A stretch of DNA of 64,000 bases from Octopus sinensis. Its lineage: Eukaryota. The DNA is taken from positions 97,402,001 through 97,466,000 of the forward strand of contig NC_042997.1 of NCBI RefSeq assembly GCF_006345805.1, given 5' to 3'. Within the stretch, counting starts at the first letter, position 1. Every line of letters begins with the position of its first letter. The notes beneath the pieces were generated by a model that was not told the origin of the DNA, made no database searches, and was given only the letters and a program-made list of their open reading frames with translations. Below are positions 12,849-23,800 of this stretch, piece by piece. Position numbers and translations under genes: made by a program.

Positions 12849-15800
12849 TGCATAACACTGCCTCTTTCTCTAGTATAATACTGCCTCTCTTTCTCACAAA
12901 CTGTTGCCTCTATCTCTGACATGACACTACTTTCTCTCTTGCAAATCCCTGCCCCTGTCTCTGACATCACATTTCTCTGTATATATAACACTGATGTATT
13001 TATTTTCTTCATAAAAAAAAAAAAGGATATTATTGAAACAGTTTTGTTGGTAAATTCCACTAGTCAAACGATTATTTAATTAGAATTTTTGAACCTCATT
13101 TCAGGTCATAAAAACACCAAAGTGACAAAGTGTTCTGCAGAGAAGACTAGTAAGCATACCACGAAATCTGACCTGCACTCCAAAGGAGCATACACCTGCT
13201 ACAATCCTTCAGTTCGTGTTATCTCCACAGATACATCATCTGCTCAGCCCTCAACAAGTGGCTTGAATATTTGCAAGTCTGATTTTGTAAACAACGCTAG
13301 CATTCCATCTGTTGCAAGTGGATCCTCAGCCTCAAAACAATGCACCCACAGTAGTGGCAGCAGCAGCAGCAGTAGTAATAGTAGTAGTAGTAGCAAGGGG
13401 AAAGATGGAATAGGTGGTCATTGTAGTAGTAGTAGTAGTAGTAGTAGTAGTAATGAAAACAATAGTATTAGTGATGATTGTTGTAGTACTAGTCGTAGTA
13501 ATGTTCGAAATTGTTGTAATAATGTAAGTGATGTTAGGAGTCACAACAGTGCCAATCAGTGGTTACAAGAGAAACACAAGAAAAACTTAATGAATATGGC
13601 TCAGAGGAAAAGGATGAGGGAGCTGGACGATTGCTGTCCTTCATCAGCAGGAGGAGAAACGGAAGGAGAATGTGCCAAGTCGCGTTCATCTAACAAAGCC
13701 TTTTCAGAAAAATTGTCAGCCTCCTCTGCAATTTCTGGAGGGGAGTGCAGCTCAAGCACTACCACCAGCCACATGCACAGGTGTAACGAATCCTCATCCG
13801 GTAAGAAATATCTTCACAAGTTCCTTTACAAAAAGGACAAACATTCTGCAAATGCAAAATCCTCTGAAAGTTGTTCTCCTGTCTCTGAACCTCAGCCTTC
13901 TACATCATCATCGACATCTTCAGACACGGTGTTCGATGTGGCGCCACCAACCTGTGATAAATCAGCTGATGTCCCGCCAGCAATAGGGGATAATATGCAA
14001 TCTTCTGCTGATACCGATGCCTTAGTCAGCGGAAACCATAGCGACAGTAGTAAGTGCTGTACATTCAATGAAAACAACCTGCCTTCAAGTTCTTGCATCT
14101 CTCACTCTGCTGAAGCACACTTGGAAGTAAAATGTGAGGGAAATAGAATTCCGACCGTGTCAACAATGTCACCGAAAGGGAAGTGCCTTCGGAGTGGTTT
14201 CAGAACAGTCCTGAAGAGCAGTGCCAAGACAACAACTAAGTCCAAAAAAGGCTGTGATAGTTCACCCTTACCATTGCTTTCATCTTCATTACCTTCCTCT
14301 TCCTCCTCTACTTCTTCCTCATCATCATCACCATCATCGTCATCATCATCGTCGTCATCATTTTCTGGCAGTGGTCCTGTCAAAATGAACCAGTCTTGCC
14401 AAGCTGTCAGTGAAGAAATTCGAGAGACTACAAAGAAAGCAAAAGAAAATGAGGATGCCACTAAGTCAGCCTCACATTCAGCTGAGAATGCCAGTGGAAG
14501 TGAGAGATCATCATCATCATCAGCAGCAGCAACTAATAGCAACAATTCTCAAAATACCGGTAGTAGCAGCAGAAGCAGTAGTTCTGTTCGTGCTGCATCA
14601 TCATCGTCGTCATCGTCATCCACTTCAAATTCAGTGCAGTCGGGATGGACTGCTAGATCAGGTCCGAAGTACAGCTATACGCGTAAGTCAGTCAAACGTA
14701 AAATGAACACCTGTGACCAAGCTACCAGCACCAGTGATCCTGTACAGGAAGAAGATCATATTCAGGTGAGCCATCACTAAATACAAATGGTTGTTGTTTA
14801 GCTCCGTGTGTTTCCTGGTTGAGCAGGTATATGACTAGATATTCTAGTCACGACCCTTCCATCTTTTATTCTGACATAGTACATCCCAGCCCACTTCATT
14901 TGATGTCTCCATCATCATCATCATCATTTAGCGTCCGCTTTCCATGCTAGCATGGGTTGGACGGGTCAACTGGGGTCTGTGAAGCTGGAAGGCTTCGTCA
15001 GGCCCAGTCAGATCTGGCAGTGTTTCTACGGCTGGATGCCCTTCCTAACGCCAACCACTCCGCGAGTGTAGTGGGTGTTTTTTACGTGCCACCTGCACAG
15101 GTGCCAGACAGAGCTGGCGAACGGCCACGAACAGATGGTGCTTTTACGTGTCACCGGCACGGGGCCAGGCGATGCTGGCAACGGACGCGAACGGATGGTG
15201 CTTTTACGTGCCACTGACACAGGGCCAGACAGAGCTGGCAAACGGCCACAAACGGACCACCATTTAAAATGTGATTTGGTTGCTAGTTCTGATTGGAGGA
15301 ATGACCACCTCACATTGACATGATCATTAGACATGACCCATTTGTGCCTAGTAACATGGTAGAGAAGAAAACATGGGGAATTTCATAAGCCATTTGATCT
15401 GTCGAAGGATGCATTACTTAAGTCTAGGTCTTTATATAATACTAGCACTATGACCCTGCAATGCCGGGTCATAGTGCTAGTGCATGCATATACAGCTGCG
15501 TGCGTGCACACATATACGCGAGTACTGTCCAAATCTCCGACCAATCACATACAGCTAGCTGGTATTCAATTGGCGTAATTTTGATTGGGTTTTGGATAGA
15601 AAATTCACAAATAAATCACTTCTATTGATTTTTTTAATGGCTTTGTGGGGGTGACTGGGGAAATGTAAAGATGTGCACGACTTTGAATGACCAAAGAAAG
15701 TGCGAGCTCTCTAACTGAAAAATTGTGGATTTGTATAAAGGACACACATGCAGACATTTTGCCATTTATATATAGAGAGATATTTAAAACAAGGCAACAT

Positions 15801-17805
15801 GGTGTAGCCCTGCTTTTTCTAAGGATATACTGAATTCAGTGTTATTAGTTAACGAAGCACTTGTCAGTTTTGTTGTATTGATACAACTGATAGCTACAAG
15901 ATATTCTTATTGTGTAGTACCTATTTAAAGTTGGGAAGACTGGAACTTTTAAACTTCAACTGTGTTGGATACAAACCAGTGCTAAAAACAGGATATGATT
16001 TACCAACTTCTCAGTAGAATATTCAGTTTTTTTTGGACCTAGTTATTTACTTAGCATAAGGAAACATTAGTCTACTGCTCAACTTTAACCTTAAGTAAAT
16101 GCAAAAGAAATCTCTTCCTAAGATAATTCAGTACCCTGTCAGAGACAGACTTTCATCCAGAAGTTATGATCACTACAACCAAACAAGTAAAACAATATTG
16201 ATACATTTGATAAGAACTTACCACTTACAAACTGAGAGTCTACCACTATATTAGTGTTTTACCTTTACCTTCGATAGTACCAATCATTCTGACCATTTCA
16301 ACAAAGCATTGTCTATATTGTTGATACATACCCTGCAAGGTGAAAACTGGGAGAGTTCTAATTTCAGTTCTCACTGGCAGAGTTTGCAGTTTGTTTGTGA
16401 AAGGGTAGTAATAGGTTATTGATAAAATATGGTAAATGACTGAAACAAGTAAAATAAAAAAAAAAGAATAAAAATAATTTATTGGGGAAAGAGTTTATTA
16501 ACCATATCCTTCACATTTCACACAAAAAAGGACTTGTGTCTGAGAAAGAAAATCATATAATATATCTTTGCCATTATAATTAGTCTCTTTTTCATAGCTT
16601 GTAAAATATAAAATACTGCTCTAAAATACATGATATAATTGCTTTTATTTTCTGATATTTTTCCATAGGTACTTGGAGTTCAGTCCAAGACTCTGACAAC
16701 CCTGACATTGCATATGGTTGGAATAACAAATCTCTGCCTTCTTGACTGTCCAAATCTGGCTACCGTCTCATGTAAGTTTAGAGCTAAATTACACTTATCT
16801 TGTATACATTAATACTGGTGTATATAAAAGAATGGTGTTTGAATGGTGTTCTCACCTTGTTATTGTCTTAACTCTTTAGCATTTAAACTGGCCATATCCA
16901 TCCCTAATATTCTACTTGTTTTATGGTCAAACTGGCCAGATTCAGCATCTCACACCTACCCTACAATGTCAATTTAAAAATATACAATTACATCATTGAA
17001 ATCTCAAAGCTATGAGATAATACATGATCAGTTATATGAAATGTGAATATATAGGCATTACATGTGACAGTAATCTGAATACTAAAGAGTTAATGTTTTA
17101 AAATTGTGTCCTCAGCATATTGGTGTTTCAAATTTTGGCACAAGGCCAGCAATTAAGTCAATTAGATCAACTCCAATGCTCAATTGGTGCTTATTTTATC
17201 GACCCTGAAAAGTTGAAAGGCAAAGTCGACCTCAGTGGAATTTGATCTTAGGATGTAAAGATGGACAAAATGTTGCTGTTTTGTCCGACATGCTAATGAT
17301 TCTACCACCAACTCGACACCTTCCTCAGCATTATAATATAGCAAACTTAAATGCTGTTTTAGAAATTCCCTGAACATATGGAAGATTTTACCCAGTAGAT
17401 GTTATCTATTTACACTAACTGTGTTTACCAACACAGTGGTCTTTCCATCACACAAACAGTGTTGTCTTTAATGGCCATCTGTTGTTGCACACTTACAAAA
17501 TCATACTCAGTGGTTATTTTGTAAAGGAAAAGTAGCTACCCTGCTACAAACGCGATTCAAATTAATAATACCTGTTAACAGTGGGATTACTTTCAGCAAA
17601 GGAAAACATGGGATATAGTGATGAAGCCTCACAGATGAGATGATGCAGAACCAAAAAGACAAGTAAAATGCTAAACAATAAACCCTGCCAACCTATGCCA
17701 ACAAGGAAAAGAAACTGTTGAAAATGATGTTGCTGATAGTTTATAATTACAGTTTATTTCTCTACAATGACTTAATGTGACAAATACAAATATCCTGTGT
17801 GGCTA

Positions 17806-17842
<37 letters not shown>

Positions 17843-20800
17843 GGCATTAGGAAGGAAAGCTAGCATGGAAAGTGGACGTTAAACAATGATGATGATGATG
17901 ATGATTTATATATATCAATATTATCATCATCGTTGTTGTTGTCGTCATTGTTTAACATCCACTTTCCATGCTGGTATGGGTTGGATAGTTTGACTGAGAA
18001 CTGACAAGCTGGGAGGCCAGTTCATTAGATCATCCCCAGTACACAACTGGTACTTAATTTATTGACCCTGAAGGGATGAAAGGCAAAGTTGACCATGGCA
18101 GAATTTGAACTCAGAACATTAAGACAGACTAAGTATTTCGCCCGGCATGCTAATGTTTCTGCCAGCTCGCTGCCTTTTTAATATATATTTGTGTATAGAT
18201 ATCTTTTCTACTTATTTGTCATCATCATTTAGCATCTGCTTTCCATGCTAGCATGGATTAGACAGCTTCACTGAAACTGGTAAGCTAGAGAGCTGCACCA
18301 GATTCCATACTTATTAATATAATTTTTCTGTTTATCTTTTAGGTAGTGCATGTCGTGTGTTGAAGAAGATCTCCATTGGGAAGTGTCCCAAGTTGTCCAG
18401 GATATCTTTTGCACAGTGCAAAAAACTGTTGGAAGACCAGGTTATCAAAGAGCTTTCTCCATTGCCTTCTGATATATCACGAGTTTTGTTTCTCAGACCA
18501 ATGCATCAGGTAAGATTAATATATTGGTTATCAGCAGGTATTTTATCATTTTTGTTTTATTTATATTATAGTAGTCTTACAAACTATTACATGACTGCCT
18601 CACTAATATTGGTGGTATGAATTAAGTATCCAGTACACACTGTAAAGTGGTTAGTATTATGGAGGGCATCCAGCTATAGGAACTACACCAAAGAAGGCAC
18701 TGGAGCACAAGGCAGCCTTTGGCCCTATCAATTCCTGTCAAATGCTCAAGTAACACCCACAGATCCCTCAAAGATAGATGAGTGATATTTGTCACTATCT
18801 TGTGTGATTCTGTACTATATTTCATAATGTGCAGTAGCTGTATTGCATGCAGTATGGTAGTAAAGGTGTGTTGTGTCCACTTTTTGGTCTTTTGCCAGTT
18901 TAACCCTTTAGCATTTAAGCCAGCCAATATCAGGCCCAAATATTCTTCTTGTTTTATGCTCAAACCAGCTGGATCTGGATTCTCACACCTATCCTGCTAT
19001 GTCATTCTAAAAATAAACAATCACATCATCAAAATCTTTAAGTTACAAGATTGTGCATAATAAATTTAAAACCCTATGAGTGAATAGCTATTACATTTGC
19101 CATAAAAATCTGAATGCTAAAGGGTTATATATGAGTCAAAACTGTATAAGTTTTTATAATAAAAAAAGGGCAATATGGGTGTAATCTTAATGGTGTTTTT
19201 CTTTCATTTGGTGCTAATCAAATATAGGAAATTATGTAAATTGGTTTTTTGCTTATGAAAACTTTTGAAGTTAATTTTCTTTTTTGTGTACTAACTCTGT
19301 CATTAAGTCCAGTTGGTTTATGTAGCAAGGAAAAGTGGATGTTAAATGATGATTCACTAACAGTATGAAAGCCTGGATTTATGACCCTGTTCTTAATGAA
19401 TGGTTGCTCAATACCTAACCAGATCAGGCAAATGGAGTAATATTTAGTTACATTCCAAGTTCAAAACTTGCCATAGTCAACTTTGCCATACATCCTTTGG
19501 GGTTGATAAAATTGAATGATTGTAATATATTGGGTTAATTTAATCAAATCCACACATCTACTAACACTTGTGGTCTTGTGCTAAAATTAGAAATCATTAA
19601 TTTTATATGTTGGAGTTAAAGAGATTGAGGTATTAGTTTATACCAGTAACATTCATAGTATTTGTTTTGACTAAGCAGATTGTTTGATGTTATGTAATGT
19701 AATTGTCATCAGTAGTGCTGTCTCTCTGCAAGAGATGGAATTTTGGTTTCCACCAAACCTTAGTCACTGTTTATGCTCTTAACACTAGCTTAATGATAAC
19801 TAAGTTATTTTACTAAATTCCTTGTTATATTTTTAAAAAATAGAAAGAAACAGAGCATCTCAAAATAAATATGATAACGAAAGGGTTAAGTCCTGTAGTG
19901 GCCTATATTCAGTGGATGCTGGGATTCTACTTCAAATTAGTGCTATGTCATATAAAAACATTTTAGTTGTTAATTTATATAATATGCACACTATATTACA
20001 TGAAAAGATAGTGTTTTCCTTGGCATTCCTACTGTCTTACTTCATGCATATAAAATACTTTAGCTGTTGATTTATATATGTACACTGTATTGTATGGGAA
20101 AATGGTGCTTGCCTTTCCAAACACTTTTTATCTTTAAAGACTATAAAGCAGTTTTTTTTGCATTATCAGCTACAGATTCCCATGACATCGTTGTTTGGTC
20201 AAGAAGATCATTCTAGTGGCTACCACTGTCTGGTTAAAGACCATTGCAAGCAGCCTTCTATGATGGTGCTGAATAGAAAACGTGCAGAGATTTTGGTAGA
20301 TTTACTTCCTAATATTAACAGGTAATTGAACAGCTGTTTACTTGTTTGTTTTTTTGTTCCCTTTTGCACAAATTTCATTTGACTTTGATATCAAGATACA
20401 TACATATTCCCATTCGTTTATCATTTGACTAGTAAAAGCAATGAAAAACCTTCTTTAATTTCCTTTAACTATAAATTGTGTCACTTCCATGATTTTGAGT
20501 GTACAAGATGAACATGCTGCTTATGGATATACAGTGGTGTCTTGACATCAAGATTTCCATTTCACTATTTTCTGGGGTAGTTTAAACTAGTGTAGAGTAT
20601 AGTGTTTGACTACATAAGCTGCTGGAATGAATGACAATAAATAGTCAGTTCAGTCACCTTAGGAATTTTACCTCAGATTTTGTTACAGTATATTCTCTAT
20701 CATCATCATCATCATCATCATCATCCTCGTTTAACGTCCGTTTTCCATGCTAGCATTTTTCAAGGGTAATGATCGAAACAGACTGGTAGTCCTAAATGTC

Positions 20801-23800
20801 AGTCCTGTCAGAATCATGAGCACACTGGACAAAATGCTTAACAGCATTTCATCTGGCTTTATGTTCCGAGTTCAAATTCTGCCTAGGTCGACTTTGCTTT
20901 TCATCTTCTTAGGGTCATTAAAACACATGCTATTTGAACACTATGTAATCGACAGCCCCACTCACCTAATCTAAAGACTGATTTAAAGCACACATGGCAG
21001 TGCTATGTAAAAGTACTCGTGGTGCCACATAAAAGCACCCAACACACTCCCTAAAGTAGTTGGTGTTTGGAAGGGCATCTAGCTATAGAAACCCTGCCAA
21101 ATCAGACTAGAGTCTGGTGTAGCTCCCCACCTTGCCAGCTCTGGTCAAACCATCCAACCGATGCCAGCATGGGCAACGGACATTAAATGATGATCTGATA
21201 TGATTATACCTATAGTTAAAAAAGAATTATTATTAGTGAAATATGTCATGCTTTATATAATTTTCTGTTTTTTCTTAGCTGCCTGAGAGAGATTTTAAAA
21301 ACTCATGAAAATGTAGTGGTTCCATTGGAAGAAAAATGTCCAAGATCTATTCACAATTTTGAGGGTAAGAAAACTTTTTACTGTTTGTTACACTGTTATA
21401 AAAAATTAAAGAAAACACTTCCTAATAGAAAGCATTTTCCATGTGGTGATTTGCCAAGACAAACTAAGTAAAATTGCTGTCTTCCACACATACAGGCTTG
21501 TCCTTTCAGGTGCCGGTGCCACTTAAAAATGCCCCGTGCTGGTGCTGCATAAATGCACCCATGCTAGTGGCACATAAAAAGCACTCTGCACACTGTTGGC
21601 GTTAGGAAGGGCATCCAGCTATAGGAACCATATCTTTTCGACAAATATAGGTTTTATGTTAAATATTTCACTGCCATTTAAATTGTTTTATAAAAATTTT
21701 GCTTACTGCTATTCAGCCGAAAATAAATCATTCTGTTTGTATCAATTAAACATTGAAACTTTTATCTTATCTCAATTGTTGCTGGCTTCAAACTAATGAG
21801 ATGCAGTGGGATTATCATAGGATGTAAAGTATGATATATAACTGACCACTTGTTTGTTTATGTGTTTTGCTTTAATTTTCTTTTTGAATGGTATTATATT
21901 AACACTTTAGCATTCATATTTTCATGTTAAATGTAATGCTTATTTATTCATGTTGTTTTGAGTTAATCATGCATTATCTTTTAGCTTTGAACTTTTGATG
22001 ATGTGGTTGTTTATTTTTAGGATGACATTGTAAGGCAGGTGTGAGAAGATGGATTTGATAAGTTTGAACATAAAACAAGGAGATAATTTGAGCTGGACAT
22101 GGCCAGTTTAAATGCTAAGGGGTTAAATAATTAGTATGCATTGTTCCTTTAAAAATAATAATAACTCTGGAGAGCAGTTTTGTAAAAACCAATGTTTGTA
22201 ATTCATTTTGCATTGCTGTGCAGCACCCAAACAATAACTTTGTGTTTATAAGATGCAAGTTGATTTTGTGGGGTATTTCTATATGTGTGTTAGCCTTATA
22301 AGATATCAATAGAGTAGCATTTTTATGCTAATATATATTTATCTCTTTAACATCTGTTTTATAGCTTCTACATCATAACAATACTTGATATCTAAATTTA
22401 GGAAATTATTAATTTACTCATTAAATTTACATATTTTACAGAAATCAATGAAGATGGAAGTGTATTAGAAGTAAAAACAGACATTCCATGGTTGAAGTTC
22501 TTTTTGCAAAATTATTCTGACCAAAAGGAAAAGGGTACATATCTAATTTCTATTTCATCATGCTTCATCTAATGTGTTTTGTTCATTTATTACCTCCGCC
22601 TTAGCAAAGGCAGAGGTATTGTTTTCAGTCATGTCTGTTTGTCTGTGGATAAGATATCTCAAGAACCACTGGATGGATTCTTGAGATCCAGCAAGCTGGC
22701 AGAATCGTTAGCACACTTTGCTATTAAGCAAAGTGCTTAACAGCATTTCATCCGTCTTTACATTCTGAGTTCAAATTCTGCCGGGATCAACTTTGCCTTT
22801 CATCTTTCCAAGGTGGATAAATTAAGTGCCAGTTGAGTACTGGGGTCGATGTAATTGGCTTACCTTCTCCCTGAAAATTTCAGGCCTTGTGCCTATTGTA
22901 AAAAGGATTATTATTATGAACTATATATCTAACTTTACACAGCTTTTTTATAACAAGTATGTTTTAGTCTTCTTAATTTTGTACAGCATTAGACATATTT
23001 ATTGTTTAATTTTTTGAATGAAGAAAAAAACTGAACTACTTGATTGTGTTATAGAAATGTGGTGAAATATCTCATTATCAAACACAAAATACTTGAACAA
23101 ACTGAAGTTAGAAATGAATTTATCATTAAGCACAATGGCTATAAGTTTAAAGTACTGGGCAACTGACTATATGATTATAAGTTCATGGTGTTGAGCTACC
23201 AAACAATGTTCATGTTTGTTCTTGTGGTGGCTCTAATTGCTGTAGTTATGTTTGCTCAAGTTGTTTGCATTGCCCTAGTGCAGTGTTAATTACATAGAAG
23301 ATTATTGTAAAAATTGTTGACCAAACTTGGATATGATCCACAAATCTATAGCTGCAAATAAACCTATTCTCTATTAGGTTTGCACAAACTGCACTGATTG
23401 TTGTTGCTTTTATTTAGCTTCTGGTCAGCTCATTGATCTAAAGTGTTCCAGCCACAGTTATCCTGTCTTTTATTGAGACACAATGCCTCTAGGACTACAT
23501 TATCCAGTGTAACTTTCTTTTTTTTTTTAAACAGTAGAGTGTGATTGAAAAAAATTTGGTTACTATTTCTAGCAGATCAAGTGACTATATAAAGGATCTT
23601 GTGCTTGCTACAATTAATTTTATCTGGCAAAGTGTTCCTCTCTAGGCATGTTACACTCTCTCCATTGTCCAGTCTATTTCTGTGTGTCTTGAGATCCTGA
23701 TCATAGCCATAATGGAGCTGGACAAGATAAACTCACTGCAAACATATCTGAAGTTGTTTCTCTGAATTTGTTGGTGTTGTGCATTGCAGTACAATGTTTG

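Noticed and set aside
10256-14706. Alternative-frame and antisense ORFs over the large FBXO38 exons
   Set aside because: By-products of low-complexity codon repeats in the true frame.
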